A stretch of DNA of 63,219 nt, counting the filler, from Reticulomyxa filosa (taxonomy: Eukaryota; Protista; Foraminifera): the NCBI GenBank assembly GCA_000512085.1. It is 15 parts of 15 records of this genome, joined end to end, with 100 filler letters (N's around TTAATTAATTAA, not from the genome) between each part and the next. Parts side by side here need not be neighbours in the genome. Positions count along the whole stretch, not along the records: positions 49,626 to 51,243 come from ASPP01023793.1; positions 51,344 to 53,540 come from ASPP01035863.1; positions 53,641 to 61,909 come from ASPP01026520.1; positions 62,010 to 63,219 come from ASPP01000345.1; 11 more parts are not named here. The stretch is one strand, 5' to 3'. Under the pieces are notes generated by a model. The model was not told the DNA's origin. It was given only the letters and a program-made list of their open reading frames with translations, and ran no database searches. Below are positions 49,822-63,055 of this stretch, in pieces. How positions within the stretch are numbered: the stretch's first letter is position 1; each line of letters begins with the position of its first letter. A program made the translations under genes and the position numbers.

Positions 49822-51243
49822 ATGCAGAGTTTTTTGACTGAGCAGATTGCAAAGCTATTTCAGCCAAGACATGCTTTTATTGACATGGAATCTCAAGCTG
49901 TATCAATGTTTGTACCGTTTATGTCGATATCAACCCCTTACATTTTGACTACTCGTTGTCAACATACATATCTACATCGACATCAACATTGACATCAGCA
50001 TTCAATTCAGCATCCAAATCACAACTATTATCACTATCTTTATCATTATCGCCACTATCATCACAAGATCACAAATGTCGGATTATGACAAGACCATTAA
50101 TCCGACAACAGTTATTACAAATAGAATGGGATTTTATTGTCGTAAAGGTATTTGAATATTTATGTTTGTTTATTTGTAATAATTATATTTGTTTGATTTG
50201 TTCGTTTATTTGTTGAATTTGTAGAAGAGAAATCGAATATAAAACAATATGAAGAATGTATTCTTGTCTTTTATAATGATGGATCAATTATGGATTGGGA
50301 TATCATAAAACAAATGGAACAAGATTTGTGGGTCAAAATGAATATTGTGGAAGACAAAGACATCAATATCAAGAATCAATATAAGAGAAAACTTATTTGA
50401 ATTCATATTAAATTGGATGGTGATATTGCTGATCATATTATCGATTGTATGTTATATTCTGTGATATAGCATCATTTGACATTATTGAAATTGAAAAAAT
50501 TGTTGATAATTATTGCTTGGAAATGGATCAATTGATCATTTCAAGTTGGTGGGTTTTGTTGTATGTATTTCGTTGTGTTGGTTTAAGTTGTGATGTGTCG
50601 GATTGTGATTAGTTGGGTTGCATGTTTTGTTTTGTTTTGGGTTGGATTGTGGCGGGTTGTTTGCTGTATGTTGAATTGTATATTATTATAATAAATATTT
50701 TTGTGGTTGAATTGTGTGTTAGTTTAAATATAAAATAAAATAAATAGTGTTGTAATGTGGTTATAAATGAGATGCAGATTGAAATGGCAATATGGAAAAG
50801 GACATATAACAAAGAAAGATGGGGATATAATGATATTGGAATGAATTATAGTATATGAATTTTGGAAATTTGATCAATAAAGATTATTAATTAAACCATT
50901 TAAGTGTTATATACATATATATATTTATTTTTATTTTTTTCAAAATAAAAACTTTAATTTAACAAAATTTTGTTTGTTGTGTTTATTTATTTTTATGTGT
51001 TTGTTCTATGAAAGGATAAAAAGGTTGCAAAAATAGAAAGTTATGGGAAAGCTGCTGATAAAATTAAGAAATATGGTAATAGTATTCGATTCCCCCGATT
51101 TCTTATATTATTAAAAGCCCTTATGGATATTGCCATATTCAATTCTGCAAATCTCATTAATAAATAACCACAACAACCTTATTTAAAAAAAAAACAACTA
51201 AGAAGAAAAAGATGTGTCATTAGAAGACGAAAAAGATGGACGC
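49822..51243 (+). pseudogene. Decayed member of an unknown multigene family
   Basis: Coding-like segments (MQSFLTEQIAKLFQPRHAF..., EECILVFYNDGSIMDWDIIKQMEQDLW...) broken by stops and frameshifts, with intron-like spacers. Confidence 0.35.
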
Positions 51244-51366
51244 NNNNNNNNNNNNNNNNNNNNNNNNNNNNNNNNNNNNNNNNNNNNTTAATTAATTAAN
51301 NNNNNNNNNNNNNNNNNNNNNNNNNNNNNNNNNNNNNNNNNNNATTTACAATCGCAACTCAAAGAT

Positions 51367-52221
51367 ATGAAAGATAAGGTAGAAAATAAAAATATAAATA
51401 TTCAACAACTTCAAACACAAATTGAAAAAGAACAAAAAAATGAACAAAAAGAAAAACAGCAACACAAAAATTGTGAGAATATGTTGTCATTCGCTCTAAA
51501 TTCGAATTTGAGAAATGGGGTTGATTTTTTATTGGTGGCTGAAAATAAAAAAACAATACAATTAAAAAACAATGAATGGAATTATTATAATTTTGGAATA
51601 TTTTTACTTGGAGAAAATATCATTTTAACTGTTAAACTTAATTCTTTTTTTACTACAGAATATGGACATCTAAAAATCAAAACAAGTCATTTGTGGATTA
51701 AACATTCTTCCAAAATTGACTGCTCAGGATTGGGATATCCTTCAGGTCAAGGTCCTGGAAAGGGTAAATCCGTACGTTGTGGTGGTGGATATGGAACGAA
51801 AGGAGAAGGAAATAAAAAAGGTGGAGAAATGTATGGAGAAGAAACTTTGTTAAAACAAATTCATTTTGGAAGTGGAGGTGGTGTGGGTGGATTTGGGGTT
51901 GGAGTTGGAGGAAGTGGTGGTGGAATAATTGAACTGATAATTGAACAACAATTGATCAATCATGGATTGATTCAATCCAATGGAGAGGATGGAATTAGTG
52001 GAGGTGGTAATGGAAGTGGAGGGTCAATATTGATTGAATTGCAATGTCAATCTCATTCAAATAAAGTGAAACAAACTTTTGGAACTATCACATGTATTGG
52101 AAAAAACCAAAATGAAGAATATAAAGGCGGAAAAGGAAGAATTGCAATTTATGGTATTGAATTGCCATCAGATGATATTTTAAAAATTGATCCTATACCA
52201 TTTAATAGAATCCACAAATAA
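51367..52221 (+). CDS. Coiled-coil plus glycine-rich repeat protein; 5' truncated
   Basis: 'KIDCSGLGYP...GPGKG', 'GGGYGT', 'YGEETLLKQIHFGSGGG', 'GGSGGGIIEL', 'GSGGSILI' and 'GGKGRIAI'. Confidence 0.75.
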   Translation: MKDKVENKNINIQQLQTQIEKEQKNEQKEKQQHKNCENMLSFALNSNLRNGVDFLLVAENKKTIQLKNNEWNYYNFGIFLLGENIILTVKLNSFFTTEYGHLKIKTSHLWIKHSSKIDCSGLGYPSGQGPGKGKSVRCGGGYGTKGEGNKKGGEMYGEETLLKQIHFGSGGGVGGFGVGVGGSGGGIIELIIEQQLINHGLIQSNGEDGISGGGNGSGGSILIELQCQSHSNKVKQTFGTITCIGKNQNEEYKGGKGRIAIYGIELPSDDILKIDPIPFNRIHK

Positions 52222-53275
52222 TTTCATTTTATTTCTTTATTTTCCAATTTTTTTCAATGAATTTTTTTTTTCAAATGATCTTTGTCGGTTTCAAATTATT
52301 TTTAGAGTTGGAAGTTGAAGTACTTTGAAATGCAAATTGAATAGCTGCACTTCATATTTGATGTTTCGTATTGTTTTGAATAAATAAGTGATTTGGATCA
52401 ACAACAAAAATAGGAGCGATTTTGTGCACACAGAAAAAACTAAGCCATTCTAAAGATGTACATAAATTGGATAATCTTTGAAAGCAATCAATTTTTAATA
52501 AAAATAAACTAATATTAATCAAGTAATTTATGCTGATGAAATAACAAAAGTAATACTTGAATTCATATGACAAGAAAATTTAAAAATAAAATATGATTTC
52601 ACTGACAAAAAAGAAAAAATAAGGAAACACATTTAATAAGTTTGGATGTAATTCTTAACAATGGAAAAGTGATAGAAATGCTTAAGATAAACTTTGAATT
52701 GAAATACAAACGAAGAAAAAAAGCAATGGGACGAATGAAAAAAGATAACTCTATGGCTGGAAGACTATGAGAAGAAACAATTTTTGCCCACTATTTTATG
52801 CGTATTGTTCCCACTTCCACTTTCAAATATATAGGTAGTGTGTTCACCAAATGATCAACAAATTAACTCTTTACCTTTCCAATTTTTCAACAACACATAA
52901 GATATAATTTAGAAATATTAATTTGTGAAGAAGTTGTTATTAAAACAAAAAAAAAGATTAAAAACAGATTGCTATCATTAGTTGATAACAACAGTGATAA
53001 TGTATTTATATACAATGAATTTGGATTTCACGTTATGTCTTAAACTAGCTTTTCTTTCATTTGGATATCCAAGTTAGAGTATCTGTCACATTCAACCAAC
53101 AAATAAAGAACAATACCAAAGTATCACAAAGGTAATAATTCTTTGAGCAGCAACAAGTCTTCCAAAAATAACAAGCGAGGTTTTAAAATGATGTAATGAA
53201 AAAACACAATTGAAATTGATCACAAGAGGCGTGTGTCAAATCAATATGTGTTATCTTATCATTTGTGACAATGAA

Positions 53276-53472
53276 TCAACCCAACAGAATTGCATACCCC
53301 ATCACCCAAATCCTGTATCGATATTCCAAAAATGAGGAAAATTGGGATTGACTATTATTATTATGTTTAATCCGCAAATGACTTGTTTTGATTTTTAGAT
53401 TTCCAAGTTTTTCTTCTTTATACTTTCTGTTACAATTAAGAGTTAAAGTGATATCTTCCCCAAGTAAAAATA
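53276..53472 (-). pseudogene. Relic paralogue of the Gly-rich gene, interrupted by a Tc1-type terminus
   Basis: 'FLLGEDITLTLN...LGNLKIKTSHLRIKH' matches 'FLLGENIILTVK...GHLKIKTSHLWIKH' of the 51367 gene. Confidence 0.75.
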
Positions 53473-53540
53473 CAGTAGATTGCAAAAAAAACCTCCATAC
53501 CTAAATGGCACTATATGAAGGGAATCGATTTTCTCCATGA
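53473..53540 (+). mobile_element. Tc1-type TIR (family B)
   Basis: TA|CAGTAGATTGCAAAAAAAAC...GATTTTCTCCATGA, near-identical to 63056. Confidence 0.75.
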
Positions 53541-53640
53541 NNNNNNNNNNNNNNNNNNNNNNNNNNNNNNNNNNNNNNNNNNNNTTAATTAATTAANNNN
53601 NNNNNNNNNNNNNNNNNNNNNNNNNNNNNNNNNNNNNNNN

Positions 53641-56440
53641 AGCAATCTGATATCATGTTACGATGGAAGCAAGCAAAATTTCCACTGAAGTTAGAATTGG
53701 GCTACGCGATAGATTGCAATGCTCCTGCAAGAAAGAGGCTGGAACCTTGTGATGATAAATTAATGGAAACTATATTAGATTCATTGACGGGTATTGTGAA
53801 GAGACTGGTATTGGATCAAAACCCTACTACATTGGTAGAAACATAAGCTGCATTAGATAACTCCCAAGATCACTTCGAAGAAACTAAATTCAGACAAATG
53901 ATATATTCACGTCAAGGACTTAAAAGATTGGATAAAAACACAGATGAGTTAAGAGGTCAACGTTATTTGGATAACAAGTACAATCGTATTAAAGTTAAAA
54001 ATGTTGATAAAAAATACAAAAACGTTTTTTAACTGAAACATTAAAAGACAAATAACTTGCAACCTCAAAATCATGAGCACAATGATGTCAGAGTTCAGCT
54101 AATAAAAGATAATGTAAGTACGAAGTATCGTCATATCAACCACAAAAAACAATGGAATGATGAATGTTGGGGATGTTGTGGACATGGTCACAAACAGCAT
54201 GATTGTTAAAATATCACAAATGAATTACAAGTGATGGAGGAATAATCAATTGAACATATCTTAACAATGCTTGGAATTGACAAAGTGATGGAGGAGCCTG
54301 ATGCAATGGAAATCAAGTTGCATACTAAGGATATCGTGACGATTTATGCAATGGCTGACACCGGGGCATCAATATGTGCGGTTAATGATAGCATTGCAAA
54401 CAAATTCCAAAAGTTATGGACCAAGGACGCCAGGGCATTCGTAGTAGCACACGCAGGCGGTTCAATCATTCTACAAAAAAAGCTAGACATCACTATTGAT
54501 GATGCAAACAATAAACACACAAAATCATTTAAGTAGAGTTTTTATATTGTAACAAATCTTCAATATAACTTCATACTATCACGAATAGTATTACGACGGT
54601 TAGTGTATGCTTCACAGTTGGAAAACGAACGTTTCGAACATTTCCAATCGGACGCCATATTAGAAAGTCAATACTTGGATTCATCTCGGAACGCGAGCGA
54701 GAAAGCGACACTAATGATAAAGATGAAAAGAATAATATCTAAATAATTAATGATATCACAAATCTTCAAAATGGAAATGATCATGATGTTGGTATTAACA
54801 TAGAAGGTAAATTCATTGGCAATAATGTAAATCTGCAACTTTCCAATTATAATGACAATAACACAAAACCAAATATTGGAAGCATATCAAATCCAAAAGT
54901 TCGAAGTAGTATGAATAAGTTGATAAGTGATAACAAAACATCGAGTCCGACAACGCATTTGACATTGGTCAAATACCAGCAGTGGAGATGAAGTTAGAAT
55001 TGAAACCTATAACGAAGCATATCAAACACAAATCGTATACATTAAACAAATTATACCAGGAAGAGGTCAAGCGACAAGTCACCAAATTAGAGCAGAAGGG
55101 GATCATTCGCAAAAGTTCATATCAATTTGCAGCTCCGGTACTATTGGTAAAGAAGAAGGGATATTCATTGCGCATGTGTGTTGACTACCGGAAATTGAAC
55201 CAAGCAACAATCCGAGATGAGTGGCCATTACCAAACATAAACGATCTGCTGAAAAACTGTCGACGAAACGAGTATTTTCAAAGTTAGATGTCCGTTCAGG
55301 GTAGTTACATGTACCAATAAAAGAATCGGACAGGCACAAGACTGCTTTCATCACACCAGATTAACTATACGAGTGGAATAGAATGGGGTTTGGATTCACA
55401 AATGCGCCAGCCAAGTTTCAACGTATGTCATCCATATTGGAGACATCTACGATGTTGATATGTACATTGACGACATTCTGGTGGCAACGGAAACTGAAGA
55501 AAAGCATCTGGAAGTACTATCCAACGTATTCTGTACATTCAATAAATATAATATACGTATTGCTATGGATAAATGCGAGTTCTTCCAACACGAATTAATC
55601 TTCTTGGGGCAAGTGCTATATTCTCAAGGAGTGTCTGACAACCCGAAATACATTAACAAAGTTGAGTATACCGAAGCCAAAGACAAAAAAGCAATTAAAA
55701 CGTCTGTTAGGACTGGTTCAATGTATAGAGAGTTTTATTACAAACATAGATATATTGACAAATGAATTAAACAAACTTCGAAGGAAACAGGCAAAATGGA
55801 ACTGGACAGATACTCATGAACACGCCTTCAAACAATTAAAAGATGCAATAGAAAATACTCAATTGCTACGATATCCCAAGCAAAACGAAGGTTTCATCGT
55901 ATAATGTGATGCTTCAAACGAATCAATTGGAGCAGTGTTGCTGCAAAACCACGATGGTATATTGGTACATATAGAGTCCATTTCGAAACAATTTAATTTT
56001 CAACAGACATTACTTACTTCTTAGGAAATTCATCGCATATACCAATCACAAAAAATTTATCATCACTCTTCAAACTATCAGGAAAACAAGTAAATAGTCG
56101 ATTATCTCGATGGGCAATATTATTAAGCGAATTTTCATTTGAAGCTAGATATTTTCTTGTACGTGATAATACAATTGCGGATTTCTTATCTAGACATCCG
56201 ACATCATTGGCAACAAATAAATTGTTGGTAGTCACTAGATTAAATAGTGTAAATAATAATAGTAAAAATGTAGATGATAATATATCACAAATTCAAAATG
56301 CATTCGTTGTTAGTAGTGAGTCCAAGATTATGATGACTTGTTCGAAAAGCATAACTTTATTGACGCACAAAATAATGATAACTTGATTGCATCTATAAAA
56401 AGATATTTCAAGAATCAAAACAAACGTATAAGAACGTATG
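53641..56440 (+). mobile_element. Decayed Ty3/Gypsy LTR retrotransposon (gag, PR, RT, RNase H)
   Basis: Zn-knuckle CWGCCGHGHKQHDC (~54165), protease 'ADTGAS', RT 'APVLLVKKK...RMCVDYRKLN', 'KTAFIT', 'FGFTNAPAKFQR' and 'YIDDIL', RNase H 'CDASNESIGAVLLQ' and 'RLSRW'. Many stops and frameshifts; no integrase seen. Confidence 0.92.
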
Positions 56441-56443
56441 CTA

Positions 56444-58030
56444 CAATCTACTGCAAAAAAAAAGACTACTCTAAAATGAACACATATAAACATTTACAAT
56501 TTTATTCATGAAAAGTTAAGATTTTTTCAAAATCTTTTTTTTAAATGATATCTAGACATCATGTAGAATCTAAAAATGTCTTTGGTTTTTAATAAAATTG
56601 TAGAAAACCATGCAAAAATCGTTAATGTTTTTGTTCATTTTTTGAAAATTTTAATAAATATTAAAGATTTTATTTTTTGAATTGTTAATCCCTTTTTTTT
56701 TAGTTAATCTTTTAAGTTTTTTGAGTTTTGTTTTGTCTTTGACCAGTTTTTTTTTTGCTAGATTTGTGAAAACAATATGAAAACATTTTACACCTTGCCA
56801 GCTTGGTGAAATTAAAGCTTATAAAAGATGTGGTCTTGGTGTTAAGCGCATTGCCAAATTAATGGATCGCTCTGTTTCCACAATTAAGAATGCACTCAAG
56901 CGGTTGAAAGAAAATAATTTTGAAGTGTGCAAAATTTGAAGAGGACGTCCTAGAAAAACCACAAGCATAGAAGACATACTAATTGTAAGGACAACGAACT
57001 CATCCAAATTTGATTCATCTGTCACAATCAGTGACAATGTATTTAAAGATAAACCTGTATCTGACGATACTGTGCGCCGGAGGATACACGAAGCTACGTT
57101 TCAGCTGCAAAGCCTTTTGTAAATGAAGGAAAGCACAAAAACGATTACAATGGGCTATTGAATATAAAGATTAGACAATCGAACAATGGAGATAGTTGTT
57201 ATTTTCTGGCGAATCTGCTGTTTTGATCAGATTTAATGGAAAAAAGATTGTATGGAGACGTAGAGGTGAAAGATATGATCCAAAGAACATTACAGTGACA
57301 TTCAAACATTGCAAAAAGATAATGATATGAGGCTGCTTTTCAGCATTTATTGTTGGCGATCTATATAAAATAGAAGGAACACTAACATGAATAAGTTAAT
57401 ACAAAATATTAACACGCAAAATGCTGCCAAGTGCAAATCGATTATTCAGTGGACAAGACTATATCTTTCAATACGATAATGATCAAAAACACAAATCACA
57501 AGTAGTACAAAAATATTTACAGCAAAAAAAAATTCAAGTATTGGATTGGCCATCGCAATCTCCAGATCTCAATCCTATAGAAAATTTATGGAAAGAATTA
57601 AAAAGAAAAATGAAAACCAAAAAATCAGAAAACGAAAAAGATCTTTTCAAATAGCACTTGAGATATTGCTGAATTTCGAAAAAAGTTACCTGGAAAAATT
57701 AGTTGATTCAATGCCAAATAGGTGCAAAAAAGTAATCGAAAATAATGTAATGCCGACAAAATATTAAAAAAAAACAAAAAATAAAACGTGTAATGTTTTT
57801 TACTTTTAATACCAGAACGAATCTTCAACTTTTTTAAAAATTTTCAAAACATTAACGATTTTTGCATGGTTTTCTACAATTTTATTAAAAACCAAAGACA
57901 TTTTTAGATTCTACAGGATGTCTAGATATCATTTAAAAAAAAAGATTTTTGAAAAAATTTTAACTTTTCATGAATAAAATTGCAAATGTTTATATGTGTT
58001 CATTTCAGGGTGGTCTTTTTTTTTTTTTAA
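56444..58030 (+). mobile_element. Full-length decayed Tc1 (DD34E) DNA transposon with ~190-bp TIRs
   Basis: 56444-56632 is the reverse complement of ~57845-58030. The transposase relic at ~56777-57767 has an HTH ('IAKLMDRSVSTI'), 'GRPRKTT', 'FQYDNDQKH' and 'WPSQSPDLNPIENLW', with 34 residues between D and E. Confidence 0.93.
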
Positions 58031-58167
58031 ATGTTTAAGCAAACTCCATATACATTAAAAAGTTTTCTGCATCCAATAACAAATTATTCGATAACATGAT
58101 GATGGATTAATATTTTTTGGTTTGTTTATACAAAAGTATGCAATACATCTGGGCTCAGGGACTTGAT

Positions 58168-61100
58168 TTATTTTGCTCGTTCTGCGCTTTGGAAATATCC
58201 TTGTGGAACCACACCTCGAATCTCCAAGTCCATCATAGTCGGACGTCGTTCACGTTTCAATTGATGTTTGCAGTTGTTCCTTGATTTGTTTCTTTCGGGC
58301 GCTAGTTTCGTTTGACCTTGCATGGGTTGGGCTTTCTTCTTGTGTGTCACTGCCCGGTGTTGCTCCATTCACAGCTGCGTGTTGATGTGTTGGAAGAATT
58401 CCCAGAGCCTTGATATCATCAATCGACTTTCGACGTTTCAATCCGTGTTGCAACTCCTTGGCATTGTTTTGAATGGCGGGCGCCATTTCGGTCGAGTACA
58501 ATATATGCTTTTGCATTAACTCTTGTTGTGCTGGTCGTTTCGATATTCTGCGTTCCAATTCTTCCAATCGTCGCCGTTGCTCTTCATCCGAATCATCCGT
58601 TGACTCATCCGTGCTTTGTTCGTCATATCCATCAGGCTGCCATCCTTCACCGTCGGTCGCGGATGGATTTCCGTCTTCTTCCGGTTCCAAATGGTCCACA
58701 ATTCCCTGGGCAACCACGTCAACGTACTCGGGTTTTTCTATTAGTTTCTGATGCAATTCTTGTACTACACTTTCTTGTCTTCGGTGACCGGAACGGATTT
58801 CCTCTGCCTGTTTTGCCAAACAAATGTATTTTTTTTTTCCTAATCTAAAAGCGTAAAGATTACAAACAAAACAAAACAAAAAAAAACAAAACTCTTTGTT
58901 CAAAGTATCCTTGAGGTACAACTCCAATTGTTTCCAATTGCTGGAAGGGGTTATACAACTCGTCTAGTTTTCGTGACAGTGAACGAACAGCTTGCTGACG
59001 AGCCACTTTGACTGCTTGATCAGCTTCGCTTTTGTCCATGGTCAGGTATTCTTCTCGGGTGAGTCCTCTCTGCACCAACTCATTTGGTGTGGCGCGGTTG
59101 ACCATTCGTTTCTTTAAACCTTCCTTCGCTAATCGGAGACGATGATCTTTCAATTTCATTGCGGAAGATGCATCCGTAAAATAGTCTCCATCGGTTGGAA
59201 TTACGCCTCTTTGCTGCAGTTCCAAAGGAGACGCTCGTGTTGATAATCTCCTTTGCAATTTATCCGTTACAGTTTTTCGCTTGGCTTGGAAGTCCTATAT
59301 TTTATGTATTGCCAATTTATCAAATTTATCACAATTATACAAAAATGATAACACTCTACATATACATATATGTACATATATATATATACGTATACATGGA
59401 TATAAAAGTAAAAACGTGCTTTGTTTGGTCATACCAATTTGTCCTCGTCCTCATTACTTGGTCCAATGGAATCAATGTCAACACTTTCCAACACTCGTTG
59501 GAGGAAGCCATCTTTTTCCACGAGAGAAGGCCGCCTCTGAAGTTGTTGCTTCAGAGAACCGGCGACATCTTGCAACGCGTAATCCAAATCCAGTTTGGCC
59601 GGGAGCACGCCCTTTATTTTCAGGTAGTGTTCCGTCACACGCTCTTTCAATCGTTCTTGCAAAGCTTGTGCGGGCGCGTGCAATGCGGAAGCGATCTGTT
59701 CACTCATGACAATGCCATTATCGACCAAGTCCTGGTAATCCCTTCTGCCTGTCAACGCCTGATTCAACTTGAAGCTCATGCGTCTTCGGCTCACTGCTTT
59801 GGCCGCCCCAACGAGCGACGGGGCGACATCATTTTTGAATTCCGTGTTTGAACTATACACATAATTATCAGTCGGCGAAGGTTCCGCTTGTTTTCGTTGG
59901 ATCCGCGTCTCAAGCACTTCTGCCACTGGCTGAAGCGAATCAGCCTTCATTTTTTTTGTTTTGTTTTGAATGTTGTTATTATCATTACCGTATATAAGTA
60001 TACATATTTACATATTTACATATACATATACATATACATATATATATGATGTTGTTTGATATATAACAAACAACACATTACCAACGATGGTCTGCGGACT
60101 AATCCCAGACTTTCCATTTGTTGTTTTGCCATTCTATTTTCAATGCGATTTTCCAGATCTGTTGCAGCAGGTTGCAAGCGTCTGGCAATGTGAGCGTTTT
60201 TGATGAATCCTTTTTGTCCAAGTTCATGCACGCTTTCTCTATTTCTCAACGTTTGTTCGATCAAAATGGAGCTCCTTCGACGTTTTTCCGCGGTATTTTC
60301 GGTTTGTAATGCCTGCTCGGTGTCGTTTGTGGAGTGATTGTGACGTGGGTCATTGCAATTAGGATCACGACATAGCTTAATTTCCGGATACACGCCTTCC
60401 ACATGTTCTAGCATCACTTCGGCCACAATTTGCGCCCTTTCATCCGCTCCAGGAAGCTGCGTTTTCAAGTCTCCCACAGCACTGGAAAATCGATGGTGTT
60501 GCGACGCAATTTGTTTCAACTTTTCAAAGAACATTCCATCATTATCATTATCGTTCGAAGGCGTTTCTACTCCATTTTGTGTGGGCGTTTCGCTCAGGTT
60601 GCTTTTTTGAACCTGTCGTTTCAGCGACAAGTGTTCTTGAATATTGTTTTTTTTGTTTTGCATGCTTCGCTTTTTCGCAGCTTCGACCGCTTCCTTGTCT
60701 TCGAAGAAATAGTCGGTATCAGTGAGGATGCCGCGATACACGACATCTTCGGGCTTCGATCGTTGCGACAAAAACGAATTCAATTGTTTCTCAGTTTCCG
60801 CTATTTGTGCTTGGCGTTCTTGTTGGGCGTCCTCCTAAATGAAGACAAGAGCAACAGATAAAATACAATGCATTTTATTTCACGCATTTATATTGATTGA
60901 GTGTAATCATCAATTTCCAAAAAAAAAAAAAAAAAAACTTTGTTATTGTTGTATTACACAACTGGATTCTCATGTTTCCAATACAATGGATTGGCAAAGC
61001 CTCGTTGCTGAATTTCATTAAGTGATGGTCTTTGCTTCAAATGTATCAGCAATGATTTTCTGGCTTTTCTTTTTTCTTGTTTTTTTGCGTCTGTTTCCTG

Positions 61101-61850
61101 CGTTGGTGACTCACCACCATACAGCTGTTTTGTTGTAGGTATGAAATATATTGAATTTTATGTCACAATAACTTATATCATTCATTACTCTCTTCCTCCT
61201 CATTGTTTAGTTTTGATCAACTCTCAAAGCATTTCAATATATTTAACCTTTTCCAAATAATTCCTTGGCAAAAGGCCTCGCTGTTCCAATTCATCTCGAT
61301 TTCTTCGAGTTGTAACATTTGTTCTCATTCTCAAATCGGACGTGCGCTTTTTCAACTCTTCTGTTCCAATATGAGTCACAGATTCCTTTGGAAACATAAA
61401 ATTTTCTTCTTTTTCTTCTTCCAAGTTCTCTCTTGGGTTTTCTACATCATCCTCCTATCCCGATGCCAACCAACGAACATGCACAAGCCACATTATGCAT
61501 TACACCCCCAACATTTGAACTGTGATGTGCAAGACTGCCACTTCAATGAAATGACAATAGCAAATAAGAAACGCCCCTCTCTCCTTCCTTTTCCCTCTTC
61601 TTTAACCTTGTTGTTTTTTTTTTTCCCCTCCCAAACAAACATACATTATTTTCAATTCCAATTGCTCGATCTTCAGCATCCGTTTCCTCGATCAATCCCA
61701 ATCCATTTGCATCCCTGCGTTGTTGCATTCCCGATTTCAATTGATCTTTAATTAATGATCTCCTTAATTGATCTTTGGAAACTTGAAGTGGACTTTTTAA
61801 AATTCCTATGTTCGACACATTTAACAACAAAAGGCGAGCGGCTGTGACTA
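58168..61850 (-). CDS. Multi-RPEL-repeat (G-actin-binding) protein; 5' truncated, multi-exon
   Basis: About 16 RPEL-like units, e.g. LERRISKRPAQQELMQKHIL, LIHLKQRPSLNEIQQRG, LQRRLSTRASPLELQQRGVI, LNSFLSQRSKPEDVVYRGIL, LKKRMVNRATPNELVQRGL and RRPTMMDLEIRGVV. One extra A near 58268. Confidence 0.82.
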
Positions 61851-62039
61851 GATGAAAACAACTGCAAAAAAAAAAAATATATATATATATAAACTATTGT
61901 AATTTTTAGNNNNNNNNNNNNNNNNNNNNNNNNNNNNNNNNNNNNNNNNNNNNTTAATTAATTAANNNNNNNNNNNNNNNNNNNNNNNNNNNNNNNNNNN
62001 NNNNNNNNNAAATAAATAAATACAATAAATAAAAGAAAA

Positions 62040-62578
62040 GAGCGTAGCGGAAACCTTACGAATACTATTTGAATATGATAAACTTGCTCAAGCTAGTGAA
62101 ATCAAAAAGGAGTTAGAAGTTAGTGACAAATTGTGGTGGCATTTACTGTGTGATACATATGCCAAGGCCGATAAATGGAGTGCACTCGAAGAGTACATTG
62201 AAAAAAATACCAGCAAACGAAATCCTCCGCCTATTGGCTATTTGTTCATCATTGAGCTATGTGTTCAGCACAGACAAACCGATCGTGCCAAGTATTATAT
62301 CTCCAAGTTGCACGATTTACATGAAAAGTTAGAATGGTTTTGTCAACTCAAGTTAAGCCTCTATACTTGCACTTTTCATTTACTTTTCTTCATACATACA
62401 AATACATTAATACACTAAAAAAAAAAACCCAAAAAAACACTGCTCCAAAAGGCTTTGGAACGAAGCCGTCGACGCAGCTTATGCTGAAAAAGCAGTTGAT
62501 GCACTACAAACTATTCAGCGAACTTGCAAAGATCAAGCTGTTTTGCGCAAAATTGAGCAATTATTGGAAAAGCTTTGA
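62040..62578 (+). CDS. VPS16: VPS16 (HOPS/CORVET) C-terminal part
   Basis: 'IKKELEVSDKLWWHL...AKADKWSALEEY....PPIGYL..IELC......A.YYI.K', then an intron and a final exon 'LWNEAVDAAY' ending at TGA 62576-62578. Confidence 0.82.
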
Positions 62579-63055
62579 TAACAATTGTTTTTTTTTTTGT
62601 AAGAATGCACAGTTCAAGAATTGCTAAATTTCAACAATCAAGTCTTAAATATTCGTATACACTTTATTTCAGTCAAAATCCCTTTTCATATACATTTGTT
62701 TGCTTGATTTTATTTTTCACAATAAAAATATCTTTCCTCATTAAATTAGGAAGAATTTCAACTTACAATGACACTCCTATTTGAATAGCAAACATATCTT
62801 GTAATCTATTTTTTCCTATTATATCACCAAATCGTCTTTTTTTGTCAAAAAAAACTTGAATTTGAGTACAAATTATTATCAATCTCCATTTCAATTCAAA
62901 TCTCACTAATATGCTTGTCAACATCAATTTTTTTTACTACATTTTTGCTTATTTCTATGTTTGCATCGTTTACTTAATCTGGAACAGTCATTAATCGGCC
63001 AACAAGTTCTTTTTTTTGTCAAAATATATTTGGAACACTTTACATTAAGTATATA

